Shown piece after piece: positions 39,916 through 50,650 of a stretch of DNA of 64,000 bases. The notes beneath the pieces were generated by a model. That model saw only the letters and a list, made by a program, of their open reading frames with translations. It ran no database searches and had not been told where the DNA came from. A program made the translations under genes and the position numbers. Position 1 is the stretch's first letter. Every line of letters begins with the position of its first letter. The DNA is from Polyangiaceae bacterium (GTDB lineage: Bacteria; Myxococcota_A; Polyangia; Polyangiales; Polyangiaceae), in NCBI GenBank assembly GCA_033763455.1, contig JANRKO010000023.1, positions 320,001-384,000 on the forward strand. Direction: 5' to 3'.

Positions 39916-42267
39916 ATGCCCCACGTCACGATTCCATCCGAAACCTTAAATGTTCTGGACGCCTATTGGCGTGCCGCCAACTACCTTTCCGTTGGGCAGA
40001 TCTATCTTAAAGACAATCCGCTTCTGCGAGAGCCGCTGCGCACGGAACACATCAAGAAGCGCCTGCTGGGCCACTGGGGCACCACTCCCGGGCTCAACTT
40101 CATTTGGGCCCATCTCAATCGCTTGATCGTCGAGCGCGATCTCAACTTGCTCTATGTGTGCGGCCCCGGTCACGGCGGGCCAGGCGCTGTTGCCAACGCG
40201 TACTTGGAAGGTACCTATTCAGAGGTCTACCCCGACATTTCTCTGGATGCGGCCGGCATTGCGCGGCTCTTTAAGCAATTCTCGTTTCCAGGCGGCATTC
40301 CGAGCCACGTCGCACCTGAAACTCCTGGTTCTCTTCACGAAGGTGGCGAGCTCGGCTACGCGCTCTCGCATGCCTTTGGTGCGGCTTTTGATAATCCGAA
40401 CCTTGTAGTGGCGTGTATCATCGGGGACGGCGAGGCTGAAACGGGGCCACTCGCAACCAGTTGGCATTCGAACAAATTCCTGCACCCGGCGCGGGATGGC
40501 GTGGTGTTACCTATCTTGCATCTCAATGGCTACAAGATCGCGGGGCCGACCGTGTTGGCTCGCATTCCGCATGAAGAGCTGCACTCGCTGCTTTCAGGTT
40601 ACGGGTACGAGCCTTTCTTTGTGGAAGGCCATGATCCACAAGCTATGCACCAGCTGATGGCATCTACTCTAGATACCATCTTTGAAAAGCTGCACGCTAT
40701 CCGAGAAAAAGCGCTCGCAGAAGCCGTGCCGACTCGGCCGAAGTGGCCCATGATAGTGCTTCGGAGCCCCAAAGGCTGGACAGGCCCTAAACACGCGGAT
40801 GGCCGGGAGATCGAAGGCACTTCGCATTCCCACCAAGTGCCGTTCTCCGACATGGATAAGCCGGAGCATGTAGCGCTGCTCGAAACGTGGCTAAAGAGTT
40901 ATCGGCCGGAGGAGCTTTTCCTCGAATCCGGGCGACCAAAGCCGGAAATCCTTGGCTTTGCTCCGCGAGGCACCCGGCGCATGAGCGCCAACCCGCATAC
41001 AAATGGCGGCCAACTGCTGGAAGAGCTCACTCTGCCAGATTTCCGCAACTACGGCGTTTCTGTTTCTCACCCTGGCGCCCATGATGCTGAATCCACGCGC
41101 ATTCAAGGAGCCTTCATTCGGGATATCATTTCCGCCAACCCAGCCAACTTTCGGGTATTTAGCCCCGATGAAACAGCCTCGAACCGATGGAACCCGGTGT
41201 TCGAGGTAACGAACCGGGTTTCAATGGCTGCCATCCAATCCAACGATGAAGGGTTAGCCGCCGTTGGGCGGGTGATGGAAATGCTAAGTGAGCACCAGTG
41301 CCAAGGCTGGCTTGAGGGATACTTGCTCACCGGGCGACACGGTTTTTTGTCGTGCTACGAGGCCTTTATCCACATCATTGATTCAATGTTCAATCAGCAC
41401 GCTAAGTGGCTGAAGGTAACGAACCACATTCCTTGGCGAAAGCCCATAGCGTCGCTCAACTACCTGCTCACCTCACACGTGTGGCGCCAAGATCACAACG
41501 GCTTCAGTCATCAAGACCCAGGGTTCCTCGACCATGTAGTTAACAAGAAAGCGGAAGTAATCCGCGTCTACCTACCACCGGACGCAAACACCTTACTATC
41601 AGTTACCGATCATTGCCTGCGCAGCAAGCAATACGTCAATGTTGTTGTCGCCGGCAAACAACCCGCCCCTCAGTGGCTTAACATCGAAGAAGCCACTCGC
41701 CACGCGCAAGCAGGCGTCAGCATTTGGACTTGGGCGAGCAACGATGCTGGGGGTGACCCAGATGTGGTGATAGCCAGCGCAGGCGACGTACCCACCTTAG
41801 AAGCGTTGGCGGCAACGTCGATTCTGCGGGAGCTCGCTCCCGAGCTTCGGATCCGGTTCGTGAATGTTATCGACCTCATGCGCCTTCAGCCCCAAGAAGA
41901 GCACCCGCATGGCCTAAGCTCAGCTGCTTTTGATGCCATTTTCACCAAAGATCGCCCGATAGTATTCGCCTTCCACGGTTACCCAACCCTCATCCACCGG
42001 CTGAGCTACCGGCGCACGAACCACGCGAACCTGCATGTGCGCGGCTACAAAGAAGAGGGCACCACCACAACTCCCTTCGACATGACCGTCTTGAACGATC
42101 TCGATCGCTTCCACCTTGTGATGGACGTTGCCAAGCGAGTCTCCTGCCTCGGCGAAAAACGCGAGACAATTATCCAGGCCATGGAGGCTCGCCTAAGTGC
42201 GCATCATGATTACATCCGGGAGCACGGAGAGGACATGCCGGAAGTCAAGGACTGGCGCTGGCGATGA
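39916..42267 (+). CDS. xfp: Phosphoketolase
   Basis: [36 protein letters not shown]. Confidence 0.96.
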   Translation: MPHVTIPSETLNVLDAYWRAANYLSVGQIYLKDNPLLREPLRTEHIKKRLLGHWGTTPGLNFIWAHLNRLIVERDLNLLYVCGPGHGGPGAVANAYLEGTYSEVYPDISLDAAGIARLFKQFSFPGGIPSHVAPETPGSLHEGGELGYALSHAFGAAFDNPNLVVACIIGDGEAETGPLATSWHSNKFLHPARDGVVLPILHLNGYKIAGPTVLARIPHEELHSLLSGYGYEPFFVEGHDPQAMHQLMASTLDTIFEKLHAIREKALAEAVPTRPKWPMIVLRSPKGWTGPKHADGREIEGTSHSHQVPFSDMDKPEHVALLETWLKSYRPEELFLESGRPKPEILGFAPRGTRRMSANPHTNGGQLLEELTLPDFRNYGVSVSHPGAHDAESTRIQGAFIRDIISANPANFRVFSPDETASNRWNPVFEVTNRVSMAAIQSNDEGLAAVGRVMEMLSEHQCQGWLEGYLLTGRHGFLSCYEAFIHIIDSMFNQHAKWLKVTNHIPWRKPIASLNYLLTSHVWRQDHNGFSHQDPGFLDHVVNKKAEVIRVYLPPDANTLLSVTDHCLRSKQYVNVVVAGKQPAPQWLNIEEATRHAQAGVSIWTWASNDAGGDPDVVIASAGDVPTLEALAATSILRELAPELRIRFVNVIDLMRLQPQEEHPHGLSSAAFDAIFTKDRPIVFAFHGYPTLIHRLSYRRTNHANLHVRGYKEEGTTTTPFDMTVLNDLDRFHLVMDVAKRVSCLGEKRETIIQAMEARLSAHHDYIREHGEDMPEVKDWRWR

Positions 42268-42292
42268 GGCCCCACGTGCAGTGAGAATCGGC

Positions 42293-43483
42293 ATGGACGG
42301 AGGCGCACAATCCCACTGTACCCAATTGCTGGTGCTCAATTGTGGCTCCAGCAGCCTAAAGTGGTCAGTAATCAACACCGTTAGCGAAGCGACGCTGGGG
42401 AGCGGCACGCTGGAAACGTCTTCGATTACCGCCGCGGCGCTTCCCCAATTGTTGGAAAATGCGCCAAATTTCGACTCGATAGCGCATCGAATCGTCCACG
42501 GAGGCTCATCCTTCACACATGCGGCCCGCGTAGATCCAAGAGTACGGGCTACGTTGCAGGAGCTCACCTCGCTTGCTCCACTGCACATGAAGCCGGCGCT
42601 CGATGTCTTGGATGCTTGCGCCGCGGCTTTTCCCAACACACCCCAGTATGCGGCATTCGATACGGCGTTTCACCGGAGTATTCCTGAAAGCCGTCGGCAA
42701 TACGCCTTGCCTCTGGAGTGGCGGCAGCGATGGCAACTGCAGCGTTTCGGATTTCACGGTCTGAGCGTTGAGTATTGCGTCTCGCGGCTCCGCGAACTCT
42801 TGGGAGCCTTGCCCGCTCGCCTCTTGGTGTGCCACCTCGGCAGCGGCTGCTCGATCACGGCCGTCAAAGACGGCAAATCTTTCGATACCACGATGGGGTT
42901 CACGCCGCTTGAGGGGCCGCTCATGGCAACACGTTCGGGCTCCATCGATCCCGGGTTGCTGCTCCACCTCTTGCAGCAGGGCCTTTCGGTGGCGGAGTTG
43001 GCGAACGGTCTTCTGCATCGTTCTGGCATCGCGGGGCTCGCGTGCAACGATGGGGATCTGCGCGAAGTTTTGGCCGGTGTGGACTCAGGCTCCACTATTG
43101 CCAGGCTCGCCTACGAAACCTTCACCGTGTCCCTCCAACGCTCCGTTGGCGCAATGCTTGCGAGCATGAACGGTGTGGATGCGCTCGTCTTCACTGGAGG
43201 AATGGGTGAGAACAGCGCGCGACTACGGGCGGATATTGTCGCTGGGTTGGCCTTCGCCGACATTGCGCTCGATGTTGTTGCGAACGCGGAAGCACGCGCG
43301 GCCGTTGCGGCAAGCGCTGAGGCAAACGGGGGCGTGGGAGGAGACATCAGAATTTCGACCCTCACCAGCAGAGTCTCAGTATTTCGCATCCACACACGGG
43401 AAGATCTGGCCATCCTTCGAAATACCGTCGGCTCACCCGAGGTCGCTTGGAAGCAGGCACTCCTCACGGAAGGCGGACCTTAG
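42293..43483 (+). CDS. ackA: Acetate/propionate kinase
   Basis: NCGSSSLK, HRIVHGG, FDTAFH, GFHGLS, HLGSGCS, MGFTPLEG, FTGGMGEN. Confidence 0.93.
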   Translation: MDGGAQSHCTQLLVLNCGSSSLKWSVINTVSEATLGSGTLETSSITAAALPQLLENAPNFDSIAHRIVHGGSSFTHAARVDPRVRATLQELTSLAPLHMKPALDVLDACAAAFPNTPQYAAFDTAFHRSIPESRRQYALPLEWRQRWQLQRFGFHGLSVEYCVSRLRELLGALPARLLVCHLGSGCSITAVKDGKSFDTTMGFTPLEGPLMATRSGSIDPGLLLHLLQQGLSVAELANGLLHRSGIAGLACNDGDLREVLAGVDSGSTIARLAYETFTVSLQRSVGAMLASMNGVDALVFTGGMGENSARLRADIVAGLAFADIALDVVANAEARAAVAASAEANGGVGGDIRISTLTSRVSVFRIHTREDLAILRNTVGSPEVAWKQALLTEGGP

Positions 43484-43497
43484 CTAGCAAGCCAGGT

Positions 43498-44505
43498 TCA
43501 AGGAAGCTTCGCCTCAAGCGCCAGTGCTCCCAAGAAATACGGCTGCCCAAAGCTAGCCTCTGTTTTCGCCAGAGACTGAATCGCCACGCGCTTCGCGGAC
43601 ATTCCAAAACGGAGATCCGAACGTATGCACCAACTCGGGCTCAGATGGTTGAAGAACGAACCCTGACCGAAGCCCACGCCTGTGATGAGCGTTTCGCGCC
43701 TTCCCTCGTAGGAATTCCAAGCTTCGGGTTTGCCATCGAGCTCAACCACGAGCAGTCCACCTCCACCACCTAACGACATTCCCACCAGAGAACGCGTGAT
43801 CGGCACCTCCAAAAACAAAGCTGCCAGGCTGAGTCGCACATCCACCTTTCCTGCTGGTACTTTCAACTCCTGTGGAACAACTGCCGTAGAGCCAAACGCG
43901 CCAACGCGAAACGACTCCGCAGGCTCGATCGCAAGGGAGGCGCTAACTTGCGGCAAGAGCCCGACGCCTCCCGAGCTAAGCCCGATTGCCGGCCCTACTC
44001 CAATCCAAGTCTTGGATGACCAGGGTATGGGTGCTTGACTCTTCTCGTCCCGCGGCACGGACGGCCTCGATTTCGTCAACTCCATTGCCCGCCAACGTGT
44101 CATCTGCGTTCGCAAGATCTCAACAGCACGCAGCCCAGGGATTTCTGGTGCGTCGCCTGCCGCGACTGGGATCTGCTCGTGGTACTGAATGAGCTCGGAC
44201 TGAGGCTCGATCACCCAAATTTCCACCCCTTCGGGAGTGGAAAGCAACGTCGCAACAGCGTGGGCCTGGCGCGTGATTGCCAGGAGCTCAGGTGGCGACG
44301 GTTGAACGTCGCGTATCAATTCGGTCACAACAAACCCCATTGCGGAGAGCTCTGCCCGGACCTTCTGAGCAAGCTCAGGTGTGGTGCCATCATGCGCCAA
44401 CACCACAATACGCTGTGCTGCCGGAATGGCCGAGGCAGCACCACTCGTTGCCGAGGTGATTGCGGCTCCTAAGAGAACAAACGAGACCAATAGGCTGCGA
44501 AGCAA
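43498..44505 (-). CDS. Exported hypothetical protein with possible C-terminal beta-barrel
   Basis: Signal peptide; amphipathic beta-strand pattern in the C-half; third gene of the sigma-FecR cassette. Confidence 0.65.
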   Translation of the reverse strand: MLRSLLVSFVLLGAAITSATSGAASAIPAAQRIVVLAHDGTTPELAQKVRAELSAMGFVVTELIRDVQPSPPELLAITRQAHAVATLLSTPEGVEIWVIEPQSELIQYHEQIPVAAGDAPEIPGLRAVEILRTQMTRWRAMELTKSRPSVPRDEKSQAPIPWSSKTWIGVGPAIGLSSGGVGLLPQVSASLAIEPAESFRVGAFGSTAVVPQELKVPAGKVDVRLSLAALFLEVPITRSLVGMSLGGGGGLLVVELDGKPEAWNSYEGRRETLITGVGFGQGSFFNHLSPSWCIRSDLRFGMSAKRVAIQSLAKTEASFGQPYFLGALALEAKLP

Positions 44506-44534
44506 AGCCGCTCCAACCTATGCGAGCCCATAGC

Positions 44535-45932
44535 TCATGGCGAGATGAGTTGGCGGGCGAGGGGCGCCCCAGGGCCCATTGGATACTCCGCCAAATACCG
44601 TCGCGCAGAGGCCGAGGCCTCACTCTTTCGACCCAAACGGTGCTGCGCCTCCATCAAACGGCCGAGCGCTTCACGAGCGAGGCCGCCCGAGGGATTCTCA
44701 GCGAGATAGGTACGAAACCAACTCACCGCCTGCCCGTAGTTGCCACGTTCATCGAACGCTAGGCGCGCCAAGAAGTAAGCAGCCAAGGTTGACTCCGAGC
44801 TAGCCGCAAATCGGTGGCGGACCGCGCTATATGCATAGTCGGCGCGCGGCACATTACCCGCGTAACGCGCCACGTCCGCCAGGAGCATCAACCCTTTGGG
44901 CTCCAGACGAGCACACTCAGCCTCAAACCCGACCTGCTCTGCGGCCCGCAGCGCGCCCTTATAATCATGCGCCGCCGCCAAAGCCTGCCATGTCGCTGAA
45001 AGCGCAGGAGCAACCGCGGGCTGCTGAACCGGAGGGGAGCTCTCCATGCCTCCACCGGGTTTGACCGCAACGTCTCGACCCTCGCGATGACTGCTATTGG
45101 GAGAGCCCTGACCTACGTCCTCTCTCGGGCTGTCGGAGTGTCGCGAAACGCCCATCGGCGGCGCAGGCAAGGGGGTGCCCGGACTGCCCGACGCGACAAC
45201 CAACGCGGCGCCACTGCCGGACACCGGAGTAGGAGCCGCAGAAGCCGAAGCGCCGCCAGCTCTTGGTCCACCAAGTGTAGTTTCGAGCCGCTCCGCCCTG
45301 CAGAATGCTCGCACTGTCTCGCCGGCAACCACGGCCCTGCCTTCCCCAAATAGGCAACCGGATATCTGCACACGCCCCTTGTAAAGCGTTAGCTCAAATT
45401 TGTCGCTTTCGGGCTGCCACGCGACATCGAAATGAGTACCAAGAACGTTCACCACGTACGGACCCAAATTGAACTTCCAACTCGCGTGCGGCTTCGGAGC
45501 AACGTGCACCTCGGCCTTACCCGATTCTACAATCATCTCTGCGCCAACGGCCGAAACACTCGTCACCCGAGCCCGCGTGCCGCCGACGAGCGTTACGAGT
45601 GATCCATCCGAGAACGAAACAGGTATGGTTTGGTCATTTTCGACCGACCACCAGCCAGCCGTTGGGTCACGAAGCTCCACACCACGCACCAACACCGCTA
45701 GAGGCTGTTCGCCCAATACCTTGGGCAAACCGAACACCAACCCTATCGCGCCCACAAGCGCCGCCGCAGCTAATGCTACCCTCAAAGAGAGCCGGGACGC
45801 TGAAATTCTAGCTTGAGGCACCTTTTCCAGGATTGCGGCGCGCGCCCGCGCTCGCTGTTCTTGCCAGCGCCAAGCATCTTCCTCGTGAGCCAGTTTTTTC
45901 CCCAGCTCGTGAAGTTTTTCGGTCGAAGTCAT
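44535..45932 (-). CDS. FecR-domain anti-sigma protein with C-terminal TPR
   Basis: One TM segment; FSDGSLV..VLGTHFDV..LYKGRV; EALGRL..YLAEYPMGP; ATGA overlap with the sigma gene. Confidence 0.85.
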   Translation of the reverse strand: MTSTEKLHELGKKLAHEEDAWRWQEQRARARAAILEKVPQARISASRLSLRVALAAAALVGAIGLVFGLPKVLGEQPLAVLVRGVELRDPTAGWWSVENDQTIPVSFSDGSLVTLVGGTRARVTSVSAVGAEMIVESGKAEVHVAPKPHASWKFNLGPYVVNVLGTHFDVAWQPESDKFELTLYKGRVQISGCLFGEGRAVVAGETVRAFCRAERLETTLGGPRAGGASASAAPTPVSGSGAALVVASGSPGTPLPAPPMGVSRHSDSPREDVGQGSPNSSHREGRDVAVKPGGGMESSPPVQQPAVAPALSATWQALAAAHDYKGALRAAEQVGFEAECARLEPKGLMLLADVARYAGNVPRADYAYSAVRHRFAASSESTLAAYFLARLAFDERGNYGQAVSWFRTYLAENPSGGLAREALGRLMEAQHRLGRKSEASASARRYLAEYPMGPGAPLARQLISP

Positions 45933-46573
45933 GCCGGCTCTCCCACCCACTCGAGTAGCGAGGGATCTTGCCTTGCCAGCTCTACGAAGCGCGTCTGCGC
46001 GCGGCTTAGCCGGCGCTTGATGGTTGCAAGCGAAGTGCCGCAAGCCTTCGCCACCTCGGTGAGCTCCATGCCGTCAATGAAGCGCAGGGCAAACGGAATG
46101 CGCTCGTCTGGAGGCATCTGATTCAACACCGCGTACGTCTTCTTGAGCGCTTCGCTCACTTCAGCGCTCGGGTGCATAGCCTCCTGCTCGGGCAACTCCT
46201 CTGTGGGAGAGAACAACAAGAATCGCCAGCGCACGCGCTTGCGGATCCGCCCTCGGGCGGTGAAGACGGCGATCTGCGTGAGCCAACCACGCAGCGCGCT
46301 CGGATTTTCGAGACGACGCATCGACCCGAGCGCCGATACGAATACGTCCTGCAGAAGGTCATGAACGTCCGGATCCGGTCCGAGTACCCGCAAGAGCACA
46401 CGATGCACCAGCGGGCTATAGCGATCGAACAGCGCAGCCCCCGCATCGCGCTGACCGGCACACACCCCTGCTACGATAGCCGCGTCGCTCAAGGGAACCG
46501 GAAGCTCGACCACCTTGGGGGTGTGCGGGCGCTCCGGTCGCAGCGGGATGAGGTTCGAAGACAATGCGGCCAC
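45929..46573 (-). CDS. ECF RNA polymerase sigma factor
   Basis: LFDRY..DLLQDVF..GWLTQIA; region 4 ELTEVA..SLATIKRRL; start uncertain. Confidence 0.92.
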   Translation of the reverse strand: MAALSSNLIPLRPERPHTPKVVELPVPLSDAAIVAGVCAGQRDAGAALFDRYSPLVHRVLLRVLGPDPDVHDLLQDVFVSALGSMRRLENPSALRGWLTQIAVFTARGRIRKRVRWRFLLFSPTEELPEQEAMHPSAEVSEALKKTYAVLNQMPPDERIPFALRFIDGMELTEVAKACGTSLATIKRRLSRAQTRFVELARQDPSLLEWVGEPA

Positions 46574-46752
46574 AGACTCCTGACGGTACTCAGCTAGGTT
46601 TCCTGAGTTTAGTGTTTTTCTGAGTGGAAATCGGCTCAAAGGCCCCAATATCTGGGGAACGCGAGCTTTTCGACAAAATGTGGGGCAAACTGCACCTGCA
46701 ATTCCACTTGAGCCGTGCCCCAACGGGCCGGCAACTTGCCCCCTCAGACACC

Positions 46753-47709
46753 ATGCACTCAAGTCACCCAGGATTGAGACGCATTACGGCTCTCGCCGTG
46801 GTTTTCATCGGAGCCGGTCTTGGGGTCGCGAGCTGCGGCGAAGTTCGAGGCCAAGCCATAGTGGAGGGAGCGATCGCGCCCCAGCCGAGTGGGGCCACCA
46901 CGGCGACGAGCAAGCCAACAGGGTCTCTACCTTCTGGGGGCAGTGGCTCTGGGGGCACCCCCAACCAGTTTCCGCCAAGGCGGGAGCAAGGCGGGGCCCA
47001 CAGTGGCTTTCCGCGCGGCTCTGCCGCTGGCAGCGGGTCCGAGCTCACGGCTCCAGATGTTCAGCTCTGTCAGCCGTGCCGAGAGCATCGGGATTGCCCA
47101 AGAAACGACAGCTTCTGTATTCACGCACCGAACACCCCAACTGGGTTCTGCGGCTTCGGGTGTTCCCACGACAAGTGCCCACCGGGCCATGCGTGCGTAT
47201 CCATCGAGCAGGCACCTGTTCCCCAATGCGTGCCCGTACCCGGAGTCTGCCCGCTCATTACGCCAACCCTTTTCGGACCATTGGCTCCGCAGGCTGAAAT
47301 GCGCGCATTTAACCTAATGTTGCTCAATCGTTTCCGGATGGAGCGCGGATTAACTCCTTTGGTAGAGGATGAGTGCTTGGGTGCCGAGGCTGAGATAGCG
47401 ACTTCGGATTGGTTGCGGTCGGGCCGACAACACGGATATTTTTCCAACTCTTGCGAGCCCTTTCGGCCAAACTGTGCTTGCGGCTGGCTTGAGGAAAATC
47501 AGGGATTTTCGCTGGACCTGCAGACAGGTTGGCAAGACGCGCTTCAAGCCATCATCGAAGATGAGGTGCGCCTTCATCCTAACGATCATTTCGCTAACAA
47601 CATCTTTTCCGAGAGCCTCGAAAGAGTTGGGATTGGCATCATCGTGGGCGAGAGAAAGCTTTGGTTTACCAACGCTTTCGGTGGGGCCACTGAACAACCA
47701 CTGCCTTAG
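46753..47709 (+). CDS. Lipoprotein with Cys-rich module and CAP/SCP-like domain
   Basis: Lipobox VASC; LNRFRMERGLTPL, ENQG, HFANNI..VGIGI. Confidence 0.7.
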   Translation: MHSSHPGLRRITALAVVFIGAGLGVASCGEVRGQAIVEGAIAPQPSGATTATSKPTGSLPSGGSGSGGTPNQFPPRREQGGAHSGFPRGSAAGSGSELTAPDVQLCQPCREHRDCPRNDSFCIHAPNTPTGFCGFGCSHDKCPPGHACVSIEQAPVPQCVPVPGVCPLITPTLFGPLAPQAEMRAFNLMLLNRFRMERGLTPLVEDECLGAEAEIATSDWLRSGRQHGYFSNSCEPFRPNCACGWLEENQGFSLDLQTGWQDALQAIIEDEVRLHPNDHFANNIFSESLERVGIGIIVGERKLWFTNAFGGATEQPLP

Positions 47710-48012
47710 GTGGTGGGGGTTGGAAAGGGTGCCCCTTGGGGACCTTGTCTTTCGCAATCTGCGCCGGACCTAACCACCAAGAGAAACCGCGCGCACCCTA
47801 GGGTTTGTCGCCTTACGCCATGTTCGTATGTCAAGTCGGAAGCGGGGCGCCATCGGAAATCAGGTCACGAGGGATGAGTCGCGTGGATCGGTTCTAAAGG
47901 AGCGATTAGCACGCACCTCAAGGTATCTTCGCGTTAAGTTGACGTCCAAAGAGCGTGCTCCAACGCCCACGTGGCAACCACGTCGATTCGCTGGTAAACT
48001 CTCCGCCTCGTC

Positions 48013-48435
48013 ATGAGGTTGTCCACACGGCTCTCTATTGCCTGCCTTCTGATCGGAACGGCCGCTGGCTGCCTCGATTCGGGGCCCGTGTGCTTGAACC
48101 CACAACCGGATCTTCCGGGGTGCGGCCGCGAATCAGACCTCGCTGCGGCTCCGATGGGGACGCAAGGTACGTCGGCGCCAGGGGCGTCGTTGGGAACCGG
48201 TGGTGCTTCGGGCGTAAATGTGGATCCGAATGCTGGCGTCGGTAGTCCTTCGCCAACGGGTGTGCCTGGTGCAACGCCGCCTCCGAATGCTACTGGTGGC
48301 TCTGCGGCGAGCGGAGGTTCTGCAAGTGCAGAGACACCTCCGGGAGCGGCGGGCGCTCAGTCGTCGACCGGCGGCACGGGCGGTGTCAGCAACACGGCGA
48401 TTATGAGTGGTGGAGCGGCAGGAGCCGAGCCCTGA
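48013..48435 (+). CDS. Small Gly/Pro-rich lipoprotein
   Basis: Lipobox AAGC; CLNPQPDLPGC followed by a low-complexity tail. Confidence 0.6.
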   Translation: MRLSTRLSIACLLIGTAAGCLDSGPVCLNPQPDLPGCGRESDLAAAPMGTQGTSAPGASLGTGGASGVNVDPNAGVGSPSPTGVPGATPPPNATGGSAASGGSASAETPPGAAGAQSSTGGTGGVSNTAIMSGGAAGAEP

Positions 48436-48436
48436 G

Positions 48437-49309
48437 CTATTGCGCGCGCCCCGCGGCTATCCAGTGCTCGCTCAGGCTCCACAGGCGATCGGCCGCCAAT
48501 GGATCCCGCGCTGCGCGGGAAGGGGCAACCTCTCGGCACTTCGCGAAGTACGCGCCCGAAATGTCGCGCAACCTTGGCTCGCTCGCGCAATAGATGGTCG
48601 TTTGCGCGCCTTTTTCAACCGAGATAGCGAACGGTTGAGCCAGCCGAATACCCAGGCGAATAAGGCCTCTGGTGTCGCCATCGGCCCCAAACTTTGTGGA
48701 CACAAAGCCAGGATGGAGCGCATTCACTGTAACCCCAGTGCCCTCCAGTTTTCTGGCCAAGCTGCGCGTGAAGTAAATATTCGCCAATTTGGAACGGCAA
48801 TACGCAAACCAACCGTTGTAGCGATGCCTCGACTGGATGTCCTCAAAATCAAGGCCGCCCGGGGCCCGGTGGTGGGCATCGGAAGCCACGTTGATGATGC
48901 GTGCCGGAGCTGAAGCGCGCAGCCGTTCCAAGAGTAGTTGGGTGAGCAGGAAATGCCCCAGGTGGTTAACTCCTAAAGTCATCTCAAAACCTTCACGAGT
49001 TTCACGACGCTCCGTAAGCACAGCTCCCGCGTTGTTAATCAACACATGCAGCGACGGGCAGCGTTCGAGGAATTCGGCCGCCATACTCCGGATAGAGGCG
49101 AATGAAGCTAGATCCAAGACAAACACCCCCACCTTCCCTCCGCACTCCGCTTCAATGGCGCGAGCCACTCGTTCCCCCTCGGCGAATACGCGAGAAGTCA
49201 GATAAACACGAGCGCCGCGGCGCGCCAGCGCTCGAGCTGTTTCCCTGCCGATCCCAGCGTTTCCACCGGTAATCAGTACGCTTTTGCCCGCGATATCCCA
49301 AGCGGACAT
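48437..49309 (-). CDS. SDR oxidoreductase (retinol dehydrogenase-like)
   Basis: TGGNAGIG, NNAG, VNHLGHF, YCRSK, HPG; TAATG overlap with the tyrS stop. Confidence 0.92.
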   Translation of the reverse strand: MSAWDIAGKSVLITGGNAGIGRETARALARRGARVYLTSRVFAEGERVARAIEAECGGKVGVFVLDLASFASIRSMAAEFLERCPSLHVLINNAGAVLTERRETREGFEMTLGVNHLGHFLLTQLLLERLRASAPARIINVASDAHHRAPGGLDFEDIQSRHRYNGWFAYCRSKLANIYFTRSLARKLEGTGVTVNALHPGFVSTKFGADGDTRGLIRLGIRLAQPFAISVEKGAQTTIYCASEPRLRDISGAYFAKCREVAPSRAARDPLAADRLWSLSEHWIAAGRAQ

Positions 49310-50583
49310 TAGCTCCACCGCGTTACGTGCCAGGCCTTCTTACCACGCCGGATCAATAACAGTTTGCCATGTAGTAGATCACTCTGGGTCACAGCAGCCT
49401 CGGCACCGATCTTGTTTCCATTAAATAAGATCGCCCCATTCGATAGGAATTCCCGCGCCTGACGTTTGCTGCTCGCCACTCCAGCTTCTACCAGAAGATC
49501 GACCGCCGGGACGCCGAGGCCGGTGAGCGAACTCAACGTGTGCGCGCTGCTCGGCGCAGATGCCAGCACTTCTTCTAACAGCGCCTCGGGCAACTCGCGA
49601 ACTTCCCCAGAAAAGAGCGCAGCTGAGGCTTGCTCTGCCTGGAGCCTGGCCTCAGGCCCGTGCAGAAGCTCTGTCATGTGGCTGGCTAGTGCGCGTTGCG
49701 CGGGCCGTGCCGCGGGATCGCTCGCTTGTTGCCCCAATAGCTCCGCGATTTCGCCAAGTGAAAAGTGGGTGAACACCTTTAAGTACTTCTCCACCTCATC
49801 ATCTGCAGTGTTCACCCAGAACTGGTAAAATTGGTACGGAGAGGTTCGTTCCGCCGTGAGCCAAATAGCGCCGCTTTCCGTCTTTCCGAACTTGGTGCCG
49901 TCGGACTTGGTGATCAGAGGGGACGTGAAGCCAAACACCTCAGTTTTCCGAAGGCGTCGAATCAAATCCACCCCAGCTACGATGTTGCCCCACTGATCGG
50001 AGCCGGCTACCTGCACCGTTACGGAGTTGTGATCCAGAAGGTACAAGAAATCATACGCCTGGAGCAGCATGTAGGAAAACTCGGTGTAGCTGATCCCCTG
50101 CTCGCGGCCGTGCAAACGCTCGCGCACCGAATCCTTCTGGATCATCATGTTGACCGAGAAGTGTTTGCCTATATCGCGAAGCGCCTCAAGAAAGCCGAGC
50201 TTGGATAACCAATCACCGTTGTTCAGCACGAGGGCTGCATTGGGGCCGTCAAAGTTGAAAAGTCGCCGGAAGATGCGACTCTGGCTCAACACGTTAGCGC
50301 TGATCTCACTGGCATCCAGCGTCGGGCGCTCCGCCGATTTCCCCGACGGATCCCCAATCAACCCTGTACCACCGCCGAGAATGATTACCGGCGTGTGACC
50401 CGCTCGCTGGAACCGGGCAAGCAGCTGAAGCGCCAGCAAATTCCCGACGGTAAGCGAGTCTGATGTTGGATCAAACCCGCAGTACACACGGCGGGGTTGC
50501 GCCAAGTGTTCGGCGAAGGCCTCAGCATGAGTCTGCTGGTATACAAGCCCGCGGGCTGTCAGATCTTCAAGCAGGGTGAGCAT
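49309..50583 (-). CDS. tyrS: Tyrosine--tRNA ligase
   Basis: YCGFDPT, IGDPSGK, YMLLQAYD, GSDQWGN, KFGKT, S4 domain ending RRGKK; alternative start at 50601. Confidence 0.96.
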   Translation of the reverse strand: MLTLLEDLTARGLVYQQTHAEAFAEHLAQPRRVYCGFDPTSDSLTVGNLLALQLLARFQRAGHTPVIILGGGTGLIGDPSGKSAERPTLDASEISANVLSQSRIFRRLFNFDGPNAALVLNNGDWLSKLGFLEALRDIGKHFSVNMMIQKDSVRERLHGREQGISYTEFSYMLLQAYDFLYLLDHNSVTVQVAGSDQWGNIVAGVDLIRRLRKTEVFGFTSPLITKSDGTKFGKTESGAIWLTAERTSPYQFYQFWVNTADDEVEKYLKVFTHFSLGEIAELLGQQASDPAARPAQRALASHMTELLHGPEARLQAEQASAALFSGEVRELPEALLEEVLASAPSSAHTLSSLTGLGVPAVDLLVEAGVASSKRQAREFLSNGAILFNGNKIGAEAAVTQSDLLHGKLLLIRRGKKAWHVTRWS

Positions 50584-50650
50584 GGCCGTGGCTTCTACCA
50601 CGATCTGCCGGTCGTTTACCCATCCCGGAGCGGCGGGTAAGCAAACACTC

